Positions 1 to 12,003 of a stretch of 64,000 nucleotides of DNA are shown here, one piece after another. The stretch is taken from NCBI GenBank assembly GCA_026770705.1, contig JANJGN010000018.1:69626001-69690000 (forward strand), written 5' to 3'. The position numbers and the translations under genes were made by a program. The notes beneath the pieces are model-generated. The model saw only the letters and a list, made by a program, of their open reading frames with translations, did not search any database and was not told where the DNA came from. Origin of the DNA: Isurus oxyrinchus. Taxonomy: Eukaryota. Each line of letters begins with the position of its first letter. The stretch's first letter is position 1.

Positions 1-416
1 ATAGGTTAGCATCACTCAAAGTTGTCATCAGCTTCAGATGGGATGCATCCTAGGCCGCAGGGAAATTATTACGGAGATGGCAGAAGTTCTGACCGCAATC
101 TTTCAATCACTCATGGTTATCAGAGTGGTGCCAGAGGGCTGGAGATTACAAATGTCACACTTTTGCTGAAAAAAATAGTGAGAGGTTTAAACCTGGTAAT
201 TGTAGACCAATCAGTTTTACATCAGTGGTGAGAAAACTATGAGAAACCATTCTCAAAAGACAAAATTAAAATGTCACTTGGAGAAGCAAGGGTCATTAAG
301 CGACAACCAGCATTGATTTCTTCAAGGCAAAATGTGCCTGACCAACGTGACTGAGTTCATTGATGAAGTAACAGAGAACATGGATGAAGGTCAAAAGCCA
401 TTTGATAAAGTAACAC
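1..416 (+). mobile_element. Old CR1 LINE RT fragment, interrupted by a Gypsy insertion
   Basis: Decayed CR1 RT motifs: DGMHPR, a LTNVTEFIDEVTE-like stretch, and FDKV ending at 416. The continuation aacagacttcttcagaaa (NRLLQK) resumes at ~8819, after the Gypsy LTR. Confidence 0.75.
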
Positions 417-615
417 AGTAATAAACTTGGATTACTTGGGCAGGTTTCTTGTAAAAAACAGAAAACTATTTACAGAGCTCCTGATGAAGCTCCATGCTTG
501 TACCAAGACCAAGGCTAAAAACTCCACCCCTAAGACTACCCACTCTTAGGGCTGATTCGTCTAAACAGTCACACGATCCCCAACAGTATGAAAGGTTTAA
601 CTTAAAATTACTACG
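417..615 (-). repeat. Gypsy 3' LTR
   Basis: Aligns by eye to 8612-8811 (shared tttacagagctcctgatgaagct...cagtatgaaagg); adjacent to the PPT. Confidence 0.85.
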
Positions 616-639
616 TTCCTCCCCCTTTAACATTGTTTT

Positions 640-1995
640 ACACCCCTTATTTACAAGATTTTCTTAACCAAATCATATACACATATATGCAGTTCATGCA
701 ATTATAAATTTAGTCTTTGAGGAGTTTTTTCTGATTCGAGTAGAGTGGCACAGCCCTACAACTGAAGGTTCTTCCATTAGATAAACTTGACCAGGAACTG
801 TGGTATCAGGGACTTCCTTAGGCAATGGCAGTTCAGAATTATTTACTTCAACAGAAACATCAGTATGTCTCTTTTCAGTCGATCTGGCACCTTAGAGATC
901 AAAGGTTCGACTTCAATTTCAGATGGATTAACCAGTTGTTGGAATGTGTCTCAACTTCTGAGGTGTTTCCTAACTCCCACTTGATATGATTAAGGTCCTG
1001 TTTCTGAGACAATTGTACCAGGAACCCATCTTGGCCCAGTTGCAAAAGTTTGTACAAAAACTATCACTCCCACAGTGAACTCTCAACCTTTGCTGTGAAC
1101 ATCATGATTCACTTTCTGCCTACTCTAGTTTTTCTCCACCTTGCCCGCTAACTTAGGGAGTACTAGACTCAATCTTGTATGAAGGCTGTTCTTCATTAGC
1201 AATTCAGAATGTGTTGAACCTGTGGTTGCCTGAGCAGCTGTGTGATGGTTGAACAGAAATCTTGAAATTCATGATCCTAACATTCCCTTGGATAGTTCCT
1301 TCATGCCTGTTTTAAAGGTTTGTACTGCTCATTCTGCTAACCCATTGGACGAGGGATGATACGGTGCTGTTCAGGTGTGTTTAATCCCATTTAGGTTCAT
1401 GAATCTCTGGAATCCAGCACCAGTGAAAACAATGCCATTGTCTGACACAATAACCTCTGGTAGACCATGTACACTGAAATATTGGTGCAGTTTTTCAATG
1501 GTTGCACACGATGTAGGTGATCTCACTTCATACACATCCATCCACTTTGAATGCACGTCACTGATCACGAAGAACACGGTATCTAAAAATGGTCCTGCAT
1601 AGTCTATATGTAGTCTATCTCAGGGTCAACCAGGCTGCTCCCGTGGATGTAGTGGGGCTGAAACGGGCAACTTCTGCAATTGCTGACACTGGAGACAGCA
1701 TTTAGCTATATTTTCTATATCCCTGTCTATACCTCGCCACCAGATATAACTTTGCGCGAGCATCTTCATTTTGAAAGAACAGGATGTGCATTTTGAACCT
1801 CTGCCACTAGTGGTTCTCTTCCTTGAAAAGGGATGACAGCTCTTGCTCCCCATAACAAGATACCACCTTGACAACTCTGTTCAGATTTATGAGCATAGAA
1901 TCGTTTTAATTCTTCAGAGGCTTGTGCATTTGACCATCCTTGCAATACTTGTTCTCAGACTTGCTAAAATTGTGTCCCGTTTTGTCCAATTCTTT
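640..1995 (-). pseudogene. Gypsy integrase (frameshifted, with stops)
   Basis: MKMLAQSYIWWRGIDRDIENIAKCCLQCQ (HHCC region), DVHSKW and HGLPEVIVSDNG (DDE core) in ORFs 1371-1577 and 1626-1874. Confidence 0.9.
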
Positions 1996-1997
1996 AT

Positions 1998-2575
1998 AGG
2001 TAGAATTTTCCTGTTGGCGTGCGGGGGTAGGGGCCCCACACGCATGTGCATAAAATAAAATGACATGTGGTGACATCAGGCGTGCGTCCCGATGTCATGG
2101 CATGTCATTCAGACTTTCAGTTCGGCAGGCGCGCACCCGAGACAGCTTCACGCCCGCCGAACTATCAAAGGCCATGTAAATATCACTTAAAAGTTATTAA
2201 CTGAGCTGCCTGTCCAACCTTTAGGTTGATGGGCAGGCGAAGAGCCCAGGCAGCCTTTGCATTTTTCATGGAACCTCATCCACAGGCAGGATAAAGTTCC
2301 ATTAAGGGTTTATAAATTAAATACATTTTTTCATTAATGTTCCTTGACATGTCCCAGCTCATGTAACACTATCACATGAGGGGACATGTTTTAAAATATT
2401 TTATTTTCTTTATTTAAACTTTTAAGCCTTAAACTAACTTCCCTGAGGCAGCTCTGTGCCTCAGGGAGATTTCTGCGCTCTTTTGCGTGCATGTAGGAAA
2501 GAACACAGACCTAGACTCAGGGAAATCCCCCCCCCCAACGCCCGCACAGGGAGTGCACAGCACTCCCGGCTGCAC
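1998..2575. mobile_element. Harbinger-type MITE, one end lost, inserted in Gypsy pol
   Basis: Terminus ggtagaatttt and internal hairpin ccctgaggcagctctgtgcctcaggg. Homologous, in opposite orientation, to the element at 20938-21753. Confidence 0.7.
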
Positions 2576-3655
2576 ATCTTCACTAAATAAACCCAGCAGG
2601 GGTTTGTGATCTGACACTATAGTGAAGAGTCAACCATGCAAAATATTGATAGAATTTCTTTACTCCAAATACGACAGATAAGCCTTCTTTTTCAATTTGT
2701 GAGTAACCTTTCTCAGTTTCAGATTGGTCTTTCAGATCCACCCTCCATCTTGTGTGAGTATTCTGCTCCCAGTCCGTAGGAAGATGAATCATAAGTGAGT
2801 ATTAATTCCTCATACGGGTCATAGTGCACTAGCATAAACGACGAGTGTAAAAGCTCCTTGACTTTTATGAAGGCTTCCTCTTGCGGTACTTTCCAGGACC
2901 ATCTGTGCTTCTACTTCAATAATAAGTGTAAAGGGGCTCACACTGTTGACAAATTTGGCAAGAAGTGACCGTAATAATTTACCATGTCCAAAAAGACTGA
3001 AGCCCTGTGACACTGGTAGGAGAGGAACTTCCTTGATTGTCCTGACTTTCTCCCCTAAGGCTGCAATCCTTGGGCATCCACTCAATGACACAAATATGTG
3101 ACTTCAATTGATTGGAAAGTGAACTTCTCTTTTTTCAAACGTACGCTAGCCTCAAAAAATCATTTCAGAACTTATTCTAGGTTGGCCAAATGTTCTACTT
3201 CTGTTGATCCTGTGATCAGGATGGCATCCAGGTACATCATAACTCAGGGAAGTCATTGTAGTAAGCTTTCCAAGGTTCTTTGGAAAATCGCACAGGCAGA
3301 TGTTACACCAAAGGGTAAACATATATATTGGTACAGGCCTTTGTGTGTGTTTATGATGACATAACCTCTCGATGTGGTGTCCAGCTTTAGCTGTTGGTTT
3401 GCATGGCTCATGTCCAGTTCAGTGTAGTATCTTCCTCCTGCAAGTTTAGCGTACAGATCTTCAATCCTTGGAATTGGGTACTTATCTAATTTCACAGCCT
3501 TGTTCACGGTTAATTATTAATCTCTACAGTTGCAAATGGTTTGGTCTGGTTTCATCACGGGGACTGTGGTTGCTGCCCATTCTGAAAATTGGACTGGCTG
3601 GATTATTCTTAACTTCTCCAGATGCCATAATTCTGCATCTATAATTCCACATCTA
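2576..3655 (-). pseudogene. Gypsy RT/RNase H (decayed)
   Basis: YPIPRIEDLYAKLAGG, INTHKGLYQYICLPFGVTSACAIFQR, YSQIEKEGLSVVFGVKKF and SDHKPLLGLF motifs. Confidence 0.92.
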
Positions 3656-5823
3656 ACTATTCCTGGGTACAAGGGTTCAGAAAAGATAGGAAAGGAAGGA
3701 AAAGAGGAGGGGTGGTGGTGTTGGTTAAGGATAGCATTGCAGTGCTGGGGAAAGAGGAAATCTCAAAGGGTTCAAGGACAGAATCAACTTGGCTAGAGCT
3801 AAGGAACAAAAAGGCTGCAATTACATTGCTCGGTGTAGTCTATAGGCTGCCAACTAGTGAGAAGGACATAGAAGAACAAATCTGCAGGGAAATTACATGG
3901 AGATGCAATCTTTATGGAGTAGTTATAATGGGTGACTTTAATTACCCGAACGTAGATTGGGACAGTAGTAGTGTAAAGGGTGGAGAGGGGCAAAAGTTCC
4001 TAAATTGTGTTTATGAAAACTTTCTACAGCAGTATGTGTCCAATCCAACAAGAAAAGATGCACTGCTGGACCTGGTTCTTGGAAATGAGGTGGGCCAAGT
4101 AGATCAAGTGTCAGTGAGGGAACATTTAGGAGACAGTGATCATTGTATTGTACATTTTAGGATGATGATAGAAAAGGACGATAGGCAATCCAGAGTAAGA
4201 ATAATTAAGTGGATGAGAGCTGACTTCGATGGGGCAAGAACAGAGCTGGGCCAAGAACCGAGCTGTGCCAGATAGACTGGAATGAAAGATTGTCAGGAAA
4301 AACTGCAGTTGAACAATGGGCTACCTTCAAAAAAGAATTGGTTTGGGCACAATCAAGGTATATGCCATTGAAAGGGAAAGCTAAGGCAAACAAATACAGA
4401 GCTCCCTGGATGAAAAAGGAGATAGAAATTAAGATAAAAAAGAAAAAGTGTGCTTATGACATGTGTCAGATAGAAAATACAATTGAGAACCAAGAGGAAT
4501 ACAAAGGTTCAGAATGGAGGTGAAAAAGCATATTAGAGATCAAAGAGGGATTACCAACATAAAGGGGAATCTCAAAGTCTTCCACAGGCATATAAATGTA
4601 ATATTAAAAATGGTGGTAAAAGGTGAAGTAGGGCCAATTAGGAACCTAAAATGGAATTTACACATGGACGAAGGGGCCACGGCTGAGGTATTAAATTAAT
4701 ACTTTGCATCCACCTTTACTAAGGAGGTAGATGCTACCTAGGTCTTGGTGACAGATGAGGAAAATCTGTCGCTGGAAGTTTTCAAAAGTGATAAGGAGGT
4801 AGTGTTGAATAGACTGTCAGTACTTACATTTGACAAGGCACCGGCACCAGATGAGATGCATCCAGGGATAATGAAGGAAGTGAGAGTGGAAATTGCAGGA
4901 CCACTGGCCATAATTTTCCAGTCTTCCCTAGAGGTGCCAGAGGACTGAAGAATTGCAAACATTACACCCTTGTTCAAAAAAGTGTTGTAAGCATAAGCCC
5001 AGCAATTTCAGACCAGTCAGTTTAACTTTAGCTGTGGGCAGGATTCTAGAAGCAATTAGTCAGGATAGAATTAGAAGTCACATAGAAAAATATGGGTTGA
5101 TCAGGAAGAGCCAACATGGATTTCTAATGGGGAAATTGTATTTAACTAACTTGCTGGAGTTTTTTGAAGAGGTAACAGAAAAGGTTGATGAGGGTAATGC
5201 TGCTGATGTGTTGTACATGGACTTTGAAAAGGCATTTGACACAGTGCCACACAACAGACTTGTGAGAAAAGTTATTGCTCATGGAATAAAAAGGACAGTA
5301 GCAAATTGGATACAAAATTAGCTGAAAAATAGGAAGCAGAGAGTAATGATCAATGGATATTTTTCAGGCTGGAGGAAGGTTTGTAGTTGAGTTCCCCAGG
5401 GGTTGGTATTGGGACCCTTGCTTTTCCTGATATATATTAATGATCTCGATCTGTGTGTTCAGGAAGCAATTTCAAAGTTTGCAGACAATACGAAGCTTGG
5501 GAGTGTTGTAAACTGCAAGGAGGACAATGTAGAACTTCAAAAGGACATAGACAAATTGGCAGAGTGGGCAGATAGGTGACAGATGAAGTTCAATGTAGAG
5601 AAGTGTGAGGTGATGCATTTTGGTAGGAAGAACATGGAGAGACAATATGAAATAAGGGGTGAAATTTGAAGGGTGTGCAGGAGCAGAAAACCTGGGTGCA
5701 TATGTGCATAGATCATTGAAGGTGGCAGGACAGGCAGAGAGAGAAGTCAATAAAGCATATAGCATAAAACAGAATTACCTGGAAAAACTCAGCAGGTCTG
5801 GCAGCATCGGCGGAGAAGAAAAG

Positions 5824-5862
5824 AGTTGACGTTTCGAGTCCTCATGACCCTTCGACAGAACT
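5824..5862 (-). ncRNA. Minimal type I hammerhead ribozyme motif (CUGUCGA variant)
   Basis: Reverse complement reads AGUU CUGUCGA A GGGUC AUGAG GACUC GAAAC GUC AACU. Confidence 0.7.
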
Positions 5863-6845
5863 TGATTTCGAGTCCAGGAAAGAGTTGAAATATAAGCTGG
5901 TTTAAGGTGTGTGTGTTGCGGGGGGAGGAGAGAGAGAGAGAGACAGAGGTGCTTGTGTAGACAAACAAGCAGTGATAGAAGCAGATCATCAAAAGATGTC
6001 AGTAACAATGGTACAAAAGAACACATAGGTGTTAAAGTTAAAGTTGGTGATATTATCTAAACGAATGTGCTAATTAAGAATGGATGGTAGGGCACTCAAG
6101 GTACAGCTCTAGTGGGGGTGGGGGGAGCATAAAAGATTTTAAAATATTTAAAAATAATGGAAATAGGTGGGAAAAGAAAAATCTATAAAATTTATAGGGA
6201 AAAAAAAAGGGGGAAAAAAGGGGGAAACAGAAAGGGGGTGGGGATGGGGGAGGGAGCTCACGACCTAAAGTTATTGAATTCAATATTCAGACCGGAAGGC
6301 TGTAAGGTGCCTAGTCGGAAGATGAGGTGTTGTTCCTCCAGTTTGCGTTGACTGGAGGAACGCAAACTGGAGGAACAACACCTCATCTTCCGACTAGGCA
6401 CCTTACAGCCTTCCGGTCTGAATATTGAATTCAATAACTTTAGGTCGTGAGCTCCCTCCCCCATCCCCACCCCCTTTCTGTTTCCCCCTTTTTTCCCCCT
6501 TTTTTTTTCCCTATAAATTTTATAGATTTTTCTTTTCCCACCTATTTCCATTATTTTTAAATATTTTAAAATCTTTTATGCTCCCCCCACCCCCACTAGA
6601 GCTGTACCTTGAGTGCCCTACCATCCATTCTTAATTAGCACATTCGTTTAGATAATATCACCAACTTTAACTTTAACACCTATGTGTTCTTTTGTACCAT
6701 TGTTACTGACATCTTTTGATGATCTGCTTCTATCACTGCTTGTTTGTCTACACAAGCACCTCTGTCTCTCTCTCTCTCTCCTCCCCCCCCCACACACACA
6801 CCTTAAACCAGCTTATATTTCAACTCTTTCCTGGACTCCAAATCA

Positions 6846-6884
6846 AGTTCTGTCGAAGGGTCATGAGGACTCGAAACGTCAACT
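6846..6884 (+). ncRNA. Minimal type I hammerhead ribozyme motif (CUGUCGA variant)
   Basis: AGTT-CTGTCGA-A-GGGTC-ATGAG-GACTC-GAAAC-GTC-AACT: 4-bp stem I, 5-bp stem II, palindromic ACGT at stem III, GUC cleavage triplet. Lies in a PLE pseudo-LTR. Confidence 0.7.
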
Positions 6885-7602
6885 CTTTTCTTCTCCGCCG
6901 ATGCTGCCAGACCTGCTGAGTTTTTCCAGGTAATTCTGTTTTTTGTTTTGGATTTCCAGCATCCGCAGTTTTCTTTGTTTTCAAAAGCATATAGCATCTT
7001 GTGCTTTATTAATAGAGGCATATAAAATGAGAACAAGGAGGTTATGCTGAATTTACATAAGACACTTGTTGGACCCCAGCTGAAGTAGTGTGTACAGTTC
7101 TGGACGCCACATTGGAGAGAATGCAGAAGACGTTTATAAGAATGTTCCAGGGATGGGAAACTTCAGTTATGAAAAGAGATTGGTGATGTTGGGATTATTC
7201 TCCTTGGAGAGGAGAAGGCTAAAAGGAGATTTGATAGAGATGCTCAAAATCATGAGGCGGCTGGACAGAGTAGATAGGGAAAAATTGTTCCCGCTCATAA
7301 AAGGATCAAGAACGAGAGGGCACAGATTTAAAGTGATTTGCAAAAGAAGCAAATGTGATGTGAGGAAAAACTTTATCACACAAAAAGTGGTTCAGGTCTG
7401 GAATGCACTGCCTGGAGGTGTGATGGAGGTAGGTTCAATCAAGGCATTCAAGGAGGAATTAGATGATTATTTGAATAGTAACAATGTGCAGGGGTATGGG
7501 GAAAAGGCAGGACAATGGATCTATGTCATAATGCTCATTTGGAGAGCCAGTGCAGACATGATGGGCAGAATGACCATTAAAATTCTGTGATTCTGTGATC
7601 TA

Positions 7603-8515
7603 CCTTCTCCCATAGAGCGCAAGGCACAGGTCTTGCCTTAAAAAAATGGGGTGTGGCTTCAGAGTCCATGTATATTTTAGCTTGCAGCTCTATTTTCCCT
7701 AACTTATTTTGGAATACTCTGTCATGCTGCTTTAGCAACTTAGGAACTCCTGTTCTGATTTGAAAAATTCCTGACCAGTTCTACCTTTTTAAATCTGCAG
7801 GTGTTGGGTACATGATTACCCCCACATTGATAACACTTTAATTTCAGAATTACTGGTGAGCTGCTTCTAGTATTTCTTTTTGTTTTTCTAATGGTAGGGA
7901 CCGTGTCCCACTTCGATGTGGCCTCCATGGTCTTCGCGCCACGCCTGGCGGTAGGTTCCCGCCCTAACTGCAGAACAGCGCCATGTTGCACACTCTGCAA
8001 AGTCTGCGAGTCCCCCTGCAGCACTCTCCATTGCTAGTTCTATCTCTGTGGCATGCTTCTGATCTATAACAACTTCTGCAAGCAAACAGCGCTGAATGGC
8101 ATCTTCTTTTATGCTGCAAACCAAACAATTTCACAATATGTCGTTTACAGTATCACCGAAGTCACAATGCTCCGTTAATGGTTTTAACTTTGCGATGTAC
8201 AATGTAATTGACACACCGAGGGCCCTGATTTAGGAGTTGAACTTGAATCTTTGCATGATCACAAAGGTTTCGGGTGAAAATGCCCTTTCAAGAGGCCTGC
8301 TAGCTTGATGAAGGATCTGGAATTGGGCACATTCGGAGCTGTCAAACTATGGATTAGGTTATAGGTTTTGCTCCTGCAGACACTTAGGAGAATTGCTTTG
8401 TTTCTGCTCAGCCGTTATTTCGTTAGCCACAAAGTAGAAACCTAGGCGCTCTATGTACTGTCTCCAGTCCTTGATAGATGAGCCGTATGGGTCAATTCTG
8501 CTGAAGTGAGGCATT
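7603..8515 (-). pseudogene. Gypsy gag (plus RT N-terminus; protease apparently deleted)
   Basis: DWRQYIERLGFYFVANEI N-terminus, IQRCLLAE, zinc knuckle CYQCGGNHVPNTC, followed after only ~100 bp by an FFKARPVP-type RT start. Confidence 0.82.
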
Positions 8516-8611
8516 GCTGGTGAGTATATTTTTTTTTCTCTTCCCTTAAAAATTGAAATGCTCATAGTTGCGAGGTGATGTGCTGTGTCAGCGCTACTTA
8601 TTCTCGTCAAT

Positions 8612-8811
8612 TGTAATAAGTTTGGATTACTAGGGAGATTTCTTGTAAGAAAAGTAAACTTTATTTACAGAGCTCCTGATGAAGCTACATGCTTGTATCA
8701 AGACCAAGGCGAGAAAACTCTGCCCTAAAATGACCTGCACTTAGGATTGATTTGTCTATACAGTCATATGACCCCAATAACAGTATGAAAGGTTAACTTA
8801 AAATTTCTACG
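8612..8811 (-). repeat. Gypsy 5' LTR
   Basis: Begins TGTAATAAG on +; homologous to 417-615. Confidence 0.85.
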
Positions 8812-8834
8812 CACGCCTAACAGACTTCTTCAGA

Positions 8835-9182
8835 AACCCGTCCATGGTCATATTGCTCCCTATCTCTATATTCTACTCCAGCTCCAAAACCCTTCAAGAT
8901 ATCTGCATTCCTCTAATTCTGGTCTTTTGCAAATCATCAATTTTAATTGTTCCGCTATTGGCTAATGTGCCTGTCACTGGTTAGCCCCTAAACAACGGAA
9001 TTTCCTCCCTATTTCACTCTGTTTGAAACTTGCTTTTTAAAGCCTATGCTTTTGATTGAACTTTCTGATCTGTACTAATAGCTCTTGATGCAGCTTTGTC
9101 AATGTCAAATTTTGTGAAGCACCTTTGGAAGTTTTACAATGTTAAAGGAGCTATATGAAATCAAATTGTTGTCATCATTGTT
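8835..9182 (+). mobile_element. L2 LINE 3' end fragment
   Basis: Decayed HG.APYL..LLQ...P.R.L.SSNSGLL-like ORF2 C-terminus and a ...gttaaaggagctatat...gttgt tail. Confidence 0.6.
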
Positions 9183-10494
9183 GGGTTGGCTAGGAGATGA
9201 AAGACAGAATGTCTGGCTGAGAGAAAGAGGAGTGCAGAGAGGAGGGCACATGAAGGGCTAGACTGTGATGTTCCCATATTTGAATGACTGTGGACTCTTT
9301 TGGGGGTGGGGTCGGTAATGGGGGAAATCAATTTCAATGGGCTGATCCACTACCACGTAATTTATGCCTCCGGCAATTTTTAACTTCCACCTTCCCTCGG
9401 CACCTAGACATCCACTTGACGATTCGTCAAGTGCATGTCTAGATGCTGAGGGGAGGATGAAGTTAAATTTTGATAGAGATGCAAGGGGCTCAATAATTTG
9501 GGAAAAAGAGCCATAAACTTATTTGGCAGGAAGTTAAGTGATATTATGCTATGGTACAAGATAAACATGTATTTGTTGTTCTCTATTTTCAAAGATCTTT
9601 ACCCTTGTATTCTCACATTTTAAAATCAGAATACATTCAGATTTTTTTCTGTAATTTTATATTTCTGACATCAGGTATTTACTAGCCAATGGAGCCTGCC
9701 AAGGCAGAAACACCTAGTTTCCAGAAGTACTATTAATCATACATTCTATGCCAATCCAATATTAACAAGCTTCCCCAAGGAGTATTATGGCTTTGCCTGA
9801 TGGCTGGCAGCTGGGAGATACAGACTGAGATTGCCGACCATTATTTGTGATGCTGCTGCACAACCTTCGCCCCTAGGCAAGTGCCTAAAGCAGGATGACG
9901 TTTGAATGGGCCTTTATTTTTGCAGGTACTTGCAAAAGTCAGTCTGGCTGTCTCAAGAATACCCCCTGTAAATGCAGCTAACCTAGTAACAATGATCAGT
10001 GGGGAAGAAGTGGATGAGGGAAAATGCCTGTCACTTGTGTCAGAGGGCCCCTGACAGCATGAGAACAGCAACTTCTTACCCTGAGCTACTGTGCTGCAAT
10101 ATTCGACATGTATAGTCGCACTGAAGTCCGAATTACATAACTCAGTATAGCTCTATCTGTTCTACCCCAGCTCTGGATCTCAGAAGAGCACCCTCGATGG
10201 TACGTAGTAGCTTGTGTATTTTTTCAATTTTTATGCTAGCTCCTGTAACTTTTAAGTGAGATAGGCAATGAGTGCCAAATGGGGAATATTTTGTGCTCTA
10301 GAGCTAAATCCAATAAGGTTGACAAGAGGACTGGCCAAACACATTTCTCATTTAATCGTTTGCCTGAGGAGGTGACTTAAATTCCATCAGTTGAAGTAGG
10401 ATTTGAACACAAGGTTAAGAAAATAATAAAAAAACAAAAACAGAATTACCTGGAAAAACTCAGCAGGTCTGGCAGCATCGGCGGAGAAGAAAAG

Positions 10495-10533
10495 AGTTGA
10501 CGTTTCGAGTCCTCATGACCCTTCGACAGAACT
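10495..10533 (-). ncRNA. Minimal hammerhead ribozyme motif (CUGUCGA variant)
   Basis: Same motif as 6846-6884, in an independent insertion. Confidence 0.7.
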
Positions 10534-10909
10534 TGAGTTCGAGTCCAAGAAAGAGTTGAAATATAAGCTGGTTTAAGGTGTGTGTGTGGGGGACGGAGAG
10601 ATAGAGAGAGAGAGAGGTGAGGGGTGTGGTTGTAGGGACAAACAAGCAGTGATAGAAGCAGATCATCAAAAGATGTCAACGACAATGGTACAATAGAACA
10701 CATAGGTGTTAAAATTAAAGTTGGTGATATTATCTAAACGAATGTGCTAATTAAGAATGGATGGTAGGGCACTCAAGGTATAGCTCTAGTGGGGGTGTTT
10801 TTTTTTTATGTAATGGAAATAGGTGGGAGAAGGAAAATCTTTATAATTTATTGGAAAGAAAAAAAAAGAAAGGGGGAAACAGAAAGGGGGTGAGGATGGG
10901 GGAGGGAGC

Positions 10910-12003
10910 TCACGACCTAAAGTTGTTGAATTCAATATTCAGTCCGGAAGGCTGTAAAGTGCCTAGTCGGAAGATGAGGTGTTGTTCCTCCAGTTTGCGT
11001 TGGGCTTCATTGGAACAATGCAGCAAGCCAAGGACAGACATGTGGGCAAGAGAGCAGGGTGGAGTGTTAAAATGGCAAGCGACAGGGAGGTTTGGGTCAT
11101 TCTTGCGGACAGACCGCAGGTGTTCTGCAAAGCGGTCGCCCAGTTTACGTTTGGTCTCTCCAATGTAGAGGAGACCACATTGGGAGCAACGAATGCAGTA
11201 GACTAAGTTGGGGGAAATGCAAGTGAAATGCTGCTTCACTTGAAAGGAGTGTTTGGGTCCTTGGATGGTGAGGAGAGAGGAAGTGAAGGGGCAGGTGTTG
11301 CATCTTTTGCGTGGGCATGAGGTGGTGCCAAAGGAGGGGGTTGAGGAGTAGGGGGTGATGGAGGAGTGGACCAGGGTGTCCCGGAGGGAGCGATCCCTAC
11401 GGAATGCCGATAAGGGGGGTGAAGGGAAGATGTGTTTGGTGGTGGCATCATGCTGGAGTTGGCGGAAATGGCGGAGGATGATCCTTTGAATGCGGAGGCT
11501 GGTGGGGTGATAAGTGAGGACAAGATGGACCCTATCATGTTTCTGGGAGGGAGGAGAAGGCGTGAGGATGGATGTGCGGGAGATGGGCCGGACACGGTTG
11601 AGGGCCCTGTCAACGACCGTGGGTGGAAAACCTCGGTTAAGGAAGAAGGAGGACATGTCAGAGGAACCGTTTTTGAAGGTAGCATCATCGGAACAGATGC
11701 GACGGAGGCGAAGGAACTGAGAGAATGGGATGGAGTCCTTATAGGAAGCGGGGTGTGAGGAGCTGTAGTCGAGATAGCTGTGGGAGTCGGTGGGTTTGTA
11801 ATGGATATTGGTGGACAGTCTATCACCAGAGATTGAGACAGAGAGGTCAAGGAAGGGAAGGGAAGTGTCAGAGATGGACCACGTGAAAATGATGGAGGGA
11901 TGGAGATTGGAAGCAAAATTAATAAATTTTTCCAAGTCCCGACGAGAGCATGAAGCGGCACCGAAGTAATCATCGATGTACCGGAGAAAGAGTTGTGGAA
12001 GTG
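10910..12003 (-). CDS. PLE RT C-terminal half + GIY-YIG endonuclease (open but 5'-truncated)
   Basis: FLRYIDD, FLDL, YKPTD...SSHP, CPRKRCNTC, NLVYCIRCSQCGLLYIGETKR...RFAEH, HFN. The first ~55 aa of track ORF 10910-12169 come from the TSD/flank, not the element. Confidence 0.85.

Larger units (their letters stand above)
5766..6983. mobile_element. Penelope-like element as a tail-out inverted repeat (two pseudo-LTR/EN 3' arms)
   Basis: Arms 5766-6349 and 6359-~6942 are reverse complements, each ending the ORF with KLEEQHLIFRLGTLQPSGLNIEFNNFRS. TSD AAAGCATATAGCAT at 5752-5765 and 6984-6997. Confidence 0.93.
3656..7597 (+). mobile_element. CR1 LINE ('family A', HER1-like), 5'-truncated, APE-RT ORF2 decayed
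   Basis: APE motifs (GVVYRLP, MGDFNYP, LDLVL, GDSDH) and RT motifs (NFRPVSLT, SQHGF, DFEKAFD); 3' (ATTCTGTG)n tail at 7582-7597; ATCTA duplicated at 3651-3655 and 7598-7602. Interrupted by the PLE at 5766-6983. Confidence 0.93.
417..8811 (-). mobile_element. Ty3/Gypsy LTR retrotransposon (decayed, with nested insertions)
   Basis: Two ~200-bp direct repeats (417-615, 8612-8811). PPT-like TTAAAGGGGGAGGAA on the minus strand at 616-630; degenerate PBS next to the 8612 LTR. Minus-strand order gag-RT-RNaseH-IN. Confidence 0.9.
10428..12003 (-). mobile_element. Penelope-like element (Neptune-like), 5'-truncated, young
   Basis: Uninterrupted RT-thumb, Cys linker and GIY-YIG frame plus pseudo-LTR. 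TSD GGTTAAGAAAATAAT at 10413-10427 and 12004-12018. Confidence 0.95.

Noticed and set aside
476-505. CTGATGA followed by a small stem (aagc-tccat-gctt) in both Gypsy LTRs, resembling a hammerhead
   Set aside because: No GAAA after the stem, no stem I/III pairing, and it lies antisense to the element.
6258-6551. Paired identical ORFs on opposite strands (e.g. MEIGGKRK..., MNSITLGRE...)
   Set aside because: By-products of the palindrome; only the last ~28 codons are true PLE coding sequence.
9926-10054. Possible + strand exon after ttttgcag (VLAKVSLAVSRIPP...)
   Set aside because: Runs into a stop with no convincing donor and no recognisable homology.
11236-11973. 245-aa Pro/Ser-rich ORF
   Set aside because: Alternative frame of the C-rich PLE coding strand; low complexity explains the lack of stops.
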